Shown here: positions 26,028-34,445 of the stretch, piece after piece | Layout: every line of letters begins with the position of its first letter | How positions within the stretch are numbered: the stretch's first letter is position 1 | Assembly: GCA_031459875.1 (NCBI GenBank) | Contig: JAVKHQ010000026.1 | Span: 1 to 36,963, forward strand | Source: Candidatus Fervidifonticultor sextus | Lineage (GTDB): Bacteria > Sysuimicrobiota > Sysuimicrobiia > Sysuimicrobiales > Humicultoraceae | Direction of reading: 5' to 3' | DNA: 36,963 nucleotides | Translations under genes and position numbers: made by a program | The notes under the pieces: generated by a model | The model's input: only the letters and a program-made list of their open reading frames with translations | Database searches by the model: none | Told to the model about the DNA's origin: nothing

Positions 26028-26531
26028 ATGGAAATCACACCGCAGATCCGCGAAGAGCTCTTGGAGGTGCTCTACCTCGAAGCGGAACTGTTGGATGAGG
26101 GTCGGCTCGACGAGTGGCTAGACCTGCTGGCCGAGGACGTCGCGTACCGGATGCCGATCCGGCTGACGCGAGAGCGGGCGCGCTCCGACGATTACTCGAC
26201 CGACACGCAGTTCTTCTGGGACGACCGCGCCTCGCTGGCGCTGCGGGTGCAGCGGCTGCGGACCGAGTTTGCCTGGGCCGAGGACCCTCCCTCCCGCACC
26301 CGCCACTTCATCTCCAACGTGCGGGTCCGTCCCGCCGGCGGTGATGAGGTCGAGGTGCGCAGTTGCGTGCTGATTTACCGGAACCGGGGCGAGACCACGG
26401 AGTTCGACCTGATCAGCGGAGAGCGCCAGGACGTGTGGCGGCGCGCTGGCGGCGCATGGCGGCTGGCCCGGCGGGTCTTCATGGTGGACCAGGCCACCCT
26501 CGGAACCCGAAATCTCGCGATCTTCGTGTGA
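26028..26531 (+). CDS. Ring-hydroxylating dioxygenase, beta subunit
   Basis: EAELLD...WL, YRMP, WAEDPPSRTRH, GERQD and RNLAIF motifs. Confidence 0.95.
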   Translation: MEITPQIREELLEVLYLEAELLDEGRLDEWLDLLAEDVAYRMPIRLTRERARSDDYSTDTQFFWDDRASLALRVQRLRTEFAWAEDPPSRTRHFISNVRVRPAGGDEVEVRSCVLIYRNRGETTEFDLISGERQDVWRRAGGAWRLARRVFMVDQATLGTRNLAIFV

Positions 26532-26551
26532 GGCAACAGGCGAGGATCGGC

Positions 26552-27931
26552 ATGTGGCCCTGGCGTTCTGACGACAGGGTCCTGGTCTGGCTCGCCGCGG
26601 CGTTCTCGCTGAGCGTCCTGTTGAGCATGGCGATCACGCTCGGGCTGGTCGCCGCAGGAGAGCCCCTCGCGCGCGCGGCGGGGGCCACGGCCCCCGCCGA
26701 AGCCGGTCGGCTGCTTGCAGCCACCCATGTGGACTCGCTCCGGCCAATGATCGCCGCCTACGAGAGGAAGACGCAGGCCCCCAGCGGCGATCTGTACGCG
26801 GTGTTCTTCGCCGAGGGGGTCAAGTTCCAGTATCCCCCTGCGTCGCTGCTGATCTTTGACCTGTTCCCTCGCGCGATGACCCGCCTGGTCGACGGGCGGA
26901 TCACCGGAGACATGCGGCGGTGGTGGACGTGGCTCTCGCGTGCGGCGGTGGCGCTGACCCTGCTGGGCTCGGCCGCGATCCTGGAGATCGGCGTGCGCCG
27001 GCAGGCGCCGGGCGGCCCTCCGCGGCCGGGCCATACGGCGGTACGGGTCGGGCTCTCACTGGCGCTTGGGGCGATGTTCTACCCCGTGACGAAGGCCTAC
27101 AGCCTGGGACAGATCCAGGTATTCCTCAACGCGCTGATCGCCTTCGCCGTGCTGGGCTACCTGGTGGAATGGCGGATGCTGACCGGAGGGTGCCTGGGCC
27201 TCTGCTGTCTGGTGAAGCCGCAGTATGGGTTCGTCCTGCTCTGGGGACTGGTGAGGCGACAGTGGCAGTTCTCGCTGGGATTCGCGGGCGTCCTCATCCT
27301 TGGGCTGATCGTCTCGCTGGTCCGGTTTGGCCTGAGCGATCACCTGGGCTACCTCGACGTCGTTCGTGAACTCTCGCGCGTGGGCGAGGCCTACTGGGCC
27401 AACCAGAGCGTCAACGGCCTGCTGAACCGGCTGCTCGGGACCGGGAGCGCCGCACAGTTCTCCCGGACAGAACTCCCACGCTACCACCCTGTGGTGTATA
27501 CGCTCACCATCGTCAGTGCTGGGACGATCTTGATGCTCGCACTCTGGGCTCGCAGAAGAGGTCCTCGCCGTGACGGCGGCGTGAGTGATCTGGGGGCGGT
27601 GCTGGTGGGGGTCACTATGGCGTCACCCATTGCGTGGGAGCATCACTACGGAGCGCTGCTGCCGATCCTGGCGGCGGCCCTGCCGGGGCTAATTGCCGTC
27701 CGGCCGTTCGGGCGCGCGACAGGCCTGTGGCTTGCGCTCGGCTATGCGGCCGTGGCGAACGTCATGCAGCGGCCCGCCCTGCTGTTCGGGAGCCCTTGGC
27801 TCGGCCTGGCCGGCTCCCACCTGTTCTTCGGCAGTCTGATAACCTTCGTGCTGCTCTTGCGGCTGCGCTCGTCTTGGCAAGACGATCGGCCCGGTGGGCG
27901 CCGCCAGGAGCGTGTGCCCGCGCTCGCCTGA
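26552..27931 (+). CDS. GT87-like (DUF2029/PimE-type) membrane glycosyltransferase
   Basis: KFQYPP, GQIQVF, LVKPQ, NQSVNG and SPIAWEHHY motifs; multiple TM segments. Confidence 0.85.
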   Translation: MWPWRSDDRVLVWLAAAFSLSVLLSMAITLGLVAAGEPLARAAGATAPAEAGRLLAATHVDSLRPMIAAYERKTQAPSGDLYAVFFAEGVKFQYPPASLLIFDLFPRAMTRLVDGRITGDMRRWWTWLSRAAVALTLLGSAAILEIGVRRQAPGGPPRPGHTAVRVGLSLALGAMFYPVTKAYSLGQIQVFLNALIAFAVLGYLVEWRMLTGGCLGLCCLVKPQYGFVLLWGLVRRQWQFSLGFAGVLILGLIVSLVRFGLSDHLGYLDVVRELSRVGEAYWANQSVNGLLNRLLGTGSAAQFSRTELPRYHPVVYTLTIVSAGTILMLALWARRRGPRRDGGVSDLGAVLVGVTMASPIAWEHHYGALLPILAAALPGLIAVRPFGRATGLWLALGYAAVANVMQRPALLFGSPWLGLAGSHLFFGSLITFVLLLRLRSSWQDDRPGGRRQERVPALA

Positions 27932-27946
27932 CGGAGGGCTGTGCGA

Positions 27947-29731
27947 GTGCGCCCTGAGGTTTCGACCCAACGGCAGGAGAAACAGGATCTGCATCCGTTG
28001 ATCGCGCTTCTCGCCTGGATGCCGCCGCAGGTTGGCGTGCTCGCCGCCGCCGTGCTCGGCGCGGTGGCCGCGTGGGAGGGCCGGTTCGACATGGATCCCG
28101 ACGGGGTGTCGTACCTGGACATGGCCGACGCCTATGCGCGGCGCGACTGGCAGAACGCGCTGAACGGCGTCTGGAGCCCCCTTTACTCCTGGATCCTGTT
28201 GCCCTTCCTGCGGGGGCTGCGGCCGGACGGCTACTGGGAGTTTCCCCTTGTCCACGCCGTCAACTTCCTTCTGTACCTCGGCGCGCTGGCGGCCTTTGCG
28301 TACTGCCTCGGGCAGATCGTGGCCTACCGGCACTGGCGTGCGGCCGGGGGTCCCGGGCGGTCGACCGAGCCATCCCTGCCGGACCGAATTGTATACGCGA
28401 CGGGGTATGCGGTCTTCGTGTGGGGATGTGTGGTCTCCATCAGGGTGAGCCACGTGGGGCCGCATGTGGCGCTCGCGGGCCTGACGTTCCTGGTCACCGG
28501 ACTCCTCCTGCGCCTTCGGATGCATCCGGATGAATGGCGGAGTTGGGCGGCGTTGGGATTTGCGCTGGGGTTGACCTACCTCGCCAGGACGTCGGCCCTC
28601 GCCTTTGTCGCGGTATTCTTCGGCTTTGCGCTGCTGCGGCTGCCCGCGGGATGGCTGCGCGCCAGAATGACCGCTCTGCGTCCGCTGCTCGCCCTGGGAG
28701 TCTTCGCCCTGGTCGCCGGCGTGTACGCGGTTCCGCTCCTTGCGGTCAAGCGGCAGTTTCCCGGGAGCGACCTGGTGAGATTGAACTATGCCTGGTACGT
28801 CAACGGCGTTCCGATCTTGCACTGGCAGGGTGATCCGCCCTACGGCCGCCCGGTCCATCCCACGCGGGTGCTGTTTGAACGCCCGACGGTGTACGAGTTC
28901 GATGGACCGGTGGGGGGGACCTATCCCCCGTGGTACGATCCCGCCTACTGGTACAGGGGGATCGAGCCCCGCTTCAGCCTGAGGGGACACCTCTGGCGTC
29001 TCCGAGAAAGCGTGGGCACCGACTCAGGCTATCATGCGATTCCTTTCTCGTGGTCGTTTGGGGCTCTGGCGTACATCCTCGCTGCCGCCTTCTTGCTGCG
29101 CCGGGGACTGTTCTCATGGCACCGCTGCAAGGAGTACGCGGAATTATACGTTCCGACCCTTCTGGCGCTCGTGTCGTATCCGGTCCTCACCATCTTGCCG
29201 GAACGGTTCCTCGGAGCCTTCCTGCCGCTGCTCTGGATGGGCACGATCGTCTGCGTCTCGTGGCCTGCCGACCGGCCCGACCGCGCCAGGAGCGCGACCG
29301 CAGCGGTCTATGGGATTCTTGTGTTTCATCTTGCGATCTCCACGGTGATGGTCGGCGCTGTGGCGGTGAAGGGTCTGGTGGTGCCGCCCCGTCCCACGCA
29401 CTGGCGCATCGCCCAGGCTCTGCACAGTCACGACATTCCCCCGGGGAGCAAGGTGGCCGTGATGGGCCGGGCGAGGCACGCGCACTGGGCCAGGCTGGGG
29501 CGGATGCGCATCGTGGCGGAGATCCGCATCCGCGGGGGTGCAGCCCACGAGTTCTGGGAAGTCACCGACGACCGGCGGTATGAACTTCTGACCAGGCTGC
29601 AGGCGGCCGGTGTGCACGCCGTCGTGGTGGATCCCGCTGCGCGGCCGGACCCCGCCATCCCTGACGATGTCGGGCCATGGGCCTGGATGGAGCTGAAGGA
29701 GACCGGCCACCTCGTGCTGGTCCTTCGCTGA
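27947..29731 (+). CDS. Polytopic membrane protein, probable GT-C glycosyltransferase (paralog A')
   Basis: DGVSYLDMADAY..RDW.NA..VWSPLY and HWQGDPP...GTYPPWYDPAYWY; collinear with 6542-8311; GGAGGG RBS at 27933-27938. Confidence 0.65.
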   Translation: MRPEVSTQRQEKQDLHPLIALLAWMPPQVGVLAAAVLGAVAAWEGRFDMDPDGVSYLDMADAYARRDWQNALNGVWSPLYSWILLPFLRGLRPDGYWEFPLVHAVNFLLYLGALAAFAYCLGQIVAYRHWRAAGGPGRSTEPSLPDRIVYATGYAVFVWGCVVSIRVSHVGPHVALAGLTFLVTGLLLRLRMHPDEWRSWAALGFALGLTYLARTSALAFVAVFFGFALLRLPAGWLRARMTALRPLLALGVFALVAGVYAVPLLAVKRQFPGSDLVRLNYAWYVNGVPILHWQGDPPYGRPVHPTRVLFERPTVYEFDGPVGGTYPPWYDPAYWYRGIEPRFSLRGHLWRLRESVGTDSGYHAIPFSWSFGALAYILAAAFLLRRGLFSWHRCKEYAELYVPTLLALVSYPVLTILPERFLGAFLPLLWMGTIVCVSWPADRPDRARSATAAVYGILVFHLAISTVMVGAVAVKGLVVPPRPTHWRIAQALHSHDIPPGSKVAVMGRARHAHWARLGRMRIVAEIRIRGGAAHEFWEVTDDRRYELLTRLQAAGVHAVVVDPAARPDPAIPDDVGPWAWMELKETGHLVLVLR

Positions 29732-29785
29732 CCAACGCACCGGTCCGGCTGGCGCGATGATCCGCAAGCCAGGTGTGGAGGAGTG

Positions 29786-30028
29786 ATGATGGCCCCACGC
29801 GACGATGCTCCGGTCATCGAGTTGAGCAACGAGTTCGCCACGATCAACATCCGCAAGGTGAGCACGCGGAACGGCGAGCGTCTGGAAATTGCCGCCCCCC
29901 GTCTAGGGTACCGGATTCTCCTCGACGCCCTGGCGCTGGAGAGCCTGACGTGGCAGACCATGGACACCTTCAGCCGGTTCCTCCAGACGCCGTTCGGACC
30001 GGTGGACGGACCCGGGCACGGATCCTGA
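29786..30028 (+). CDS. Small (~80 aa) conserved protein associated with ring-hydroxylating dioxygenase operons
   Basis: NEFA...TRNGERL.I.AP......LDALALESLTWQ...FS..L..P resembles the small ORF I recall between the beta-subunit and dihydrodiol dehydrogenase genes of actinobacterial phthalate dioxygenase operons; strong GGAGGAG RBS. Confidence 0.75.
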   Translation: MMAPRDDAPVIELSNEFATINIRKVSTRNGERLEIAAPRLGYRILLDALALESLTWQTMDTFSRFLQTPFGPVDGPGHGS

Positions 30029-30029
30029 G

Positions 30030-30797
30030 ATGCGCCTGGCCGGCAAGGTCGCGATCATCACCGGCGCCGGCGGCGGGATCGGCCGCGAGGGCGCGCGGCT
30101 CTTCGCGGCGGAAGGCGCCAAAGTGGTCGCCGTTGACATCCGGGCAGATGCCGTCGAGGAGACGGCCGACGCCATCTGGCGGTCCGGAGGGGAGGCCGTT
30201 GCCGTCGAGGGCGACATCGCCGACGCCGAGGTCCACTCCCGCTCGGTCCGGACGGCGCTGGAACGGTTCGGTCGGCTTGATGTCCTCTACTACAACGCCG
30301 GGATGGTCAGGCGCGGCCCCGGAGGCGACGTCGGCCTTGAAGAGATCACGCTGGACGTGTGGGACCGGATCCTGGCCGTGAACCTCACCGGCGTGTTCCT
30401 GGGATGCAAGTACGGGATCCCCGAACTGGTGAAGTCCGGCGGGGGGTCGGTGATCATCACCGCGTCTGTGGGCGCCCTGGTCGGCCAGCGGGCGCACAAC
30501 CACGCCTACGTGGCCTCCAAGGCCGCTCTGGTGGGGCTGACCAGAAACCTGGCCCTGGAGTACGCTCCCCGCGGGGTGCGCGTGAACTGCATCTGTCCGG
30601 GACAGATCCATACCGACATGATGGCGCACTACTACGACGACCCTGTGGCACGACAGCAGTTCATAGACTGGACGCCGATGGGGCGGTTCGGCGAACCCCG
30701 CGAGATCGCGCAGGTAGCGCTCTTTCTGGCCTCCGACGAGTCGTCGTTCGTGACCGGGGCGGTCGTGGTCGCAGACGGCGGTTGGACCGCGCTCTAG
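30030..30797 (+). CDS. Classical SDR (candidate cis-dihydrodiol dehydrogenase)
   Basis: TGAGGGIG, AVDI, YNAG, AYVASK and RVNCICPG motifs; starts 1 nt after the small-protein stop. The substrate is inferred from context only. Confidence 0.9.
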   Translation: MRLAGKVAIITGAGGGIGREGARLFAAEGAKVVAVDIRADAVEETADAIWRSGGEAVAVEGDIADAEVHSRSVRTALERFGRLDVLYYNAGMVRRGPGGDVGLEEITLDVWDRILAVNLTGVFLGCKYGIPELVKSGGGSVIITASVGALVGQRAHNHAYVASKAALVGLTRNLALEYAPRGVRVNCICPGQIHTDMMAHYYDDPVARQQFIDWTPMGRFGEPREIAQVALFLASDESSFVTGAVVVADGGWTAL

Positions 30798-30829
30798 CCA
30801 TGACCATCACATCGTCGAGGAGTGTGTCC

Positions 30830-32344
30830 GTGAACGACGCCATGGACCGTCCGCACTATCACCCGAGGGGCTCGGGTGTTCTCTTGATTTCCTCGCCCCA
30901 CGCCCTGGTGTGGCTCATCATGGGCCTCGCCCTGGTGCTGCGGCTCCTCTATCTGGGCCGCGACAGCCTCTGGATCGACGAGGCCCTGAGCGTGGTCAAA
31001 GCCCGGCTACCGTGGCCGGCGTTCCTCGGCTACGTCATCCGTTACGATCCCAGCATGCCGCTGTACTACGCGCTGCTCCACCTCTGGCTGTACCTCGGCG
31101 ACAGCGAGTTTGCCATCCGGCTGCTCTCGGTGATTCCCGCCGTGCTGACCATTCCGGTGTTGTACGCGCTGGGCTCGCGTCTGTTCGGCGCGCGGGTGGG
31201 GGTGATAAGCGCGCTTGTGCTGGCGCTCAACGCGTTTCACCTGAACCACTCCCAGGAGGCACGCACCTACAGCCTGCTGGTACTGCTGGTGACGCTCTCG
31301 TCGCTGTGCTTCGTGCGGGCGGTGGAAGAGCCGTCCAGGCGGCGCTGGGTCTGGTACGCGGTGGTGAGTGCAGCAGCGGTGTACGGCCACCTGTTTGGGG
31401 CGCTGGTCCCCGTGGCCCACGGCACGGCCTTGCTGTTCCGGCGTTTCCGAGAGGTCCCGTGGAGATCGGCGCTGGGGAGCGCGGCCGCCGTTGGCCTGCT
31501 GGCCGCGCCCCTGGGGATGGTGCTGCTGATCCGGGACGTGTGGGAGTTGGGCTGGTACGACCGCCAACCCGGACTGCTCAGCATCGTGCGGCGATTCTAT
31601 GTCCTCACCGGTGGTGCCGTGCCCTTGTTGGTCTATGGCGCGGCGGCGCTGGTGGCGACCTGGGTGGCGGTAGGTGCCTGGCGCGGGGAATGGGGATCAG
31701 TCCGGGCCTGGCGATTGGGAGTGGTCTATGCGTGGCTGGTCGTCCCGGTGGCGCTGGCGTTCGTCGTCTCGTTCTACTCGCCGGTATTCATCTCGCGCTA
31801 CCTGATCATCGTCCTCCCGGCGCTGGTGCTGCTGGCCGCCGTCGGTCTGGATGCGCTGCCTTCCCGGCAACTGGTGGCCGCCGCGGCGGTCGTGTTCGTG
31901 ATGGTTTCGGGACAATCCGCGGTGGCGTACTACAGGGAGCCGCCGCTGGAGAACTGGCGGGACGCGGCTCGGCACGTGCTCTCGCAGGCCCGGGACCAGG
32001 ACGCGGTGATCGTCTACATCGCCGAAGCGCGACCGGCCTTCGAGTACTATCGGGATAGGCTCAGGGGGGATGGCGGTGGTCCGACGGTGGCGTTCCCTCC
32101 GCCTGCACCGGGTATCGGGCTCGCGCCCACCTGGACCGAGCGGAAGCCTGACGCCGTCCTGCTGAACGAGGTGGCCCGACGCTACCGGCGGGTCTGGCTC
32201 GTGCTCAGCCACGATGAGGTGGAAGGGTTGGGCCGCCAGGAGGCCAGTCGCGCGATCCAGGCGTTCCTGGCCAGCCGATATCCGTTCAGGAGCGAGACGC
32301 GGTTCGAAGATGTGCGCGTGGTGCTGTTTGGAAGGAATCCGTGA
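30830..32344 (+). CDS. GT39/GT83 (PMT/ArnT-like) membrane glycosyltransferase
   Basis: SLWIDEALSV, PLYYALLHLW, EFAIRLLS, SQEARTYSL and RYL motifs; GAGGAG RBS at 30817-30822 (alternative start 30800). Confidence 0.85.
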   Translation: MNDAMDRPHYHPRGSGVLLISSPHALVWLIMGLALVLRLLYLGRDSLWIDEALSVVKARLPWPAFLGYVIRYDPSMPLYYALLHLWLYLGDSEFAIRLLSVIPAVLTIPVLYALGSRLFGARVGVISALVLALNAFHLNHSQEARTYSLLVLLVTLSSLCFVRAVEEPSRRRWVWYAVVSAAAVYGHLFGALVPVAHGTALLFRRFREVPWRSALGSAAAVGLLAAPLGMVLLIRDVWELGWYDRQPGLLSIVRRFYVLTGGAVPLLVYGAAALVATWVAVGAWRGEWGSVRAWRLGVVYAWLVVPVALAFVVSFYSPVFISRYLIIVLPALVLLAAVGLDALPSRQLVAAAAVVFVMVSGQSAVAYYREPPLENWRDAARHVLSQARDQDAVIVYIAEARPAFEYYRDRLRGDGGGPTVAFPPPAPGIGLAPTWTERKPDAVLLNEVARRYRRVWLVLSHDEVEGLGRQEASRAIQAFLASRYPFRSETRFEDVRVVLFGRNP

Positions 32345-32371
32345 CCGCGCGCGGGACAAGGGGCAACGACA

Positions 32372-33376
32372 ATGGCGAAGGTGCAGCATGAGACACGGAC
32401 GACGGCGGACCCCGGTCCCGCCCGAACCCGGATTGGCCTGTCCATTGTGATTCCCTTCTTCAACGAGGAGGGGAACATCCGTCCCCTCCATCAAGCCATC
32501 GTGCAGGCCCTAGCCGACTATGAGGGCGCCTACGAGGTCATCGCGGTCGACGACGGCAGCACCGACACGACGCTGGCGCGGCTCGAAGCGATCCATGAGG
32601 AGGACCCCCGGTGGACCGTCATCGCCTTGCGGCGCAACTTCGGCCAGACCGCAGCGCTCTCGGCGGGGTTCGACCACGCCAGGGGAGAGGTCATCGTGAC
32701 CCTGGACGGCGACCTCCAGAACGACCCGAGGGACATCCCCCGGCTCCTGGAACTGAGCGCCCGCTACGACATCGTCAGCGGGTGGCGCGTTGACCGGAAG
32801 GACCCGTTCCTGACCAGGCGGCTCCCCTCGATGCTCGCCAACCGGTTGATCTCCGGCATCACGGGCGTGCGGCTGCACGACTACGGCTGCACGTTGAAGG
32901 CCTACCGCCGCGAGGTGATCGAGGGCCTGAGGCTCTACGGCGACATGCACCGGTACATCCCCGCCATCGCCTCGTGGATGGGCACGTCTGTAACTGAGCT
33001 GGAAGTCCGGCATCACCCGCGGCGGTCGGGAGTGTCCAAGTACGGCCTGCGCCGCACCCTGAAGGTGGTGCTGGACCTGATCACGGTCAAGTTCCTCTTG
33101 AGTTTCGCCACCCGGCCGATCCAGGTATTCGGGCTCTTCGGCCTCATCTTGGGGGGCCTGGGGGTGGCGGTGGGAGGGTACCTCGCGTACATCAAGTTCG
33201 TCCTCGGCGAGAGCATCGCCCAGCGTCCGTTGTTGTTGTTGAGCGTGCTGCTGATCGTCTTGGGCGGGCAGTTTATCGGGATGGGGTTGGTCTGCGAGTT
33301 GCTGGTCAGACTCTACCACGAGAGCGTGGGGAAGCCGATCTATCGGGTGAACAGGATCCTCAGGAGAGCGACCTGA
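32372..33376 (+). CDS. GT2 polyprenyl-phosphate glycosyltransferase (ArnC/GtrB/DPM-like)
   Basis: IPFFNEE, VDDGSTD, RNFGQTAA, DGDLQNDP, DYGCTLKAY and HRYIP motifs; two C-terminal TM segments. Confidence 0.93.
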   Translation: MAKVQHETRTTADPGPARTRIGLSIVIPFFNEEGNIRPLHQAIVQALADYEGAYEVIAVDDGSTDTTLARLEAIHEEDPRWTVIALRRNFGQTAALSAGFDHARGEVIVTLDGDLQNDPRDIPRLLELSARYDIVSGWRVDRKDPFLTRRLPSMLANRLISGITGVRLHDYGCTLKAYRREVIEGLRLYGDMHRYIPAIASWMGTSVTELEVRHHPRRSGVSKYGLRRTLKVVLDLITVKFLLSFATRPIQVFGLFGLILGGLGVAVGGYLAYIKFVLGESIAQRPLLLLSVLLIVLGGQFIGMGLVCELLVRLYHESVGKPIYRVNRILRRAT

Positions 33377-33386
33377 GGGTGCCGGG

Positions 33387-34346
33387 GTGGGCGTCCGTCG
33401 AAGCCTCGTCCTGCGGCTCGCCGTCAGCCTGGTCCTGGTGGGAGCGCTCCTCTGGAGGACCGATCGGGCCAGGCTGGCCACGACCATCGGCGCCCTCGAT
33501 CTGGTGCTCTTTGGGGCGGCAGCGATGTGCTACGTGGTCGCGCAGGGCGTGAGCACGCTCCGCTGGCAACTGCTGTTGCGCGCCGAAGGCATCTCCGCAT
33601 CCCTCGGGAGGCTGTTCGTCTTCTACCTGGAAGGTATGTTTCTCAACCTGTTCCTGCCGACGCTGATCGGAGGCGATGTGGTCAGAGCGCATCGGGTCTA
33701 CGTGCACACGGAGCGGAACGAGGCGGCTGTGGCCTCCATTCTTGTCGAGCGGCTCAGCGGAATGGCCGCCCTGCTGGTCATCGCCTGGGGCAGCCTGGCC
33801 CTCGGGCCCCAGACGGTCGCCGCAGGCCCAATTCTTGGGGTAAGCATCATGCTGGGGTTGGGCCTCGTGGTGATGTTCAACCGGTCTGCGAAGTCGGTGG
33901 CGCGGCGTGTGCTCGGGCGTCCGGCCTTTGTGCGGCTCGAGGAAGGGATCACGGCGTTCTATCGCGCGCTGGTCAGGTACCGGTCCCGCCCTGGAATCCT
34001 GGCGCAGGTCTTCGGGATTTCCCTGGGGGTTCAGGCACTCGCCATCTTCGCCTGTTTCCTGGTGGGGCGCTCGCTGGGACTCTCAGCCCCCTTCGGCCTC
34101 TACCTTGCCCTGATCCCGCTGGCCACCATCGCGGCCATGGTCCCTGTGAGCCTTGGCGGTCTGGGGGTGCGGGAGGGAGCGATGGTCTATCTTTTCGGAA
34201 ACGCCGGCGTGCCTGTTGCGGACGCGCTGGGCCTCTCCCTGGGCTGGTTCCTTGCGACCATCGTATGCAGCGCTCCGGGGGCGCTGGTGTTTGCCCGCCG
34301 GGGTGCGGGGAGAATGCCGGCTGTCCCGCAGCCAGCAGGACGCTAA
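33387..34346 (+). CDS. Lysylphosphatidylglycerol-synthase TM domain / AglD-C-like flippase-type membrane protein
   Basis: LRWQLLL, GMFLNLFLPTLIGGDVVR, SILVERL and PVSLGGLGVREG motifs. Confidence 0.88.
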   Translation: MGVRRSLVLRLAVSLVLVGALLWRTDRARLATTIGALDLVLFGAAAMCYVVAQGVSTLRWQLLLRAEGISASLGRLFVFYLEGMFLNLFLPTLIGGDVVRAHRVYVHTERNEAAVASILVERLSGMAALLVIAWGSLALGPQTVAAGPILGVSIMLGLGLVVMFNRSAKSVARRVLGRPAFVRLEEGITAFYRALVRYRSRPGILAQVFGISLGVQALAIFACFLVGRSLGLSAPFGLYLALIPLATIAAMVPVSLGGLGVREGAMVYLFGNAGVPVADALGLSLGWFLATIVCSAPGALVFARRGAGRMPAVPQPAGR

Positions 34347-34445
34347 GACCCGTACGCCACCCACAGACCTGAGGGTGCGACCGCCGACCGGTCGGGACTG
34401 TGCCTGAGACATAGCGATGTCCAGTGTCAGACAGTGGCCAGATCG

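Noticed and set aside
24670..26531. Assigning a specific gene name (hcaE, phtAa, bphA, antA)
   Set aside because: The family is clear but the substrate cannot be determined by eye.
30359..30829. Apparent long N-terminal extensions or fusions in the ORF track (also 4299, 15743, 18278, 19186, 19998, 23686, 26363)
   Set aside because: They result from taking the first possible start. Better starts with an RBS or stop/start overlap lie downstream, and the extensions overlap upstream genes in another frame.
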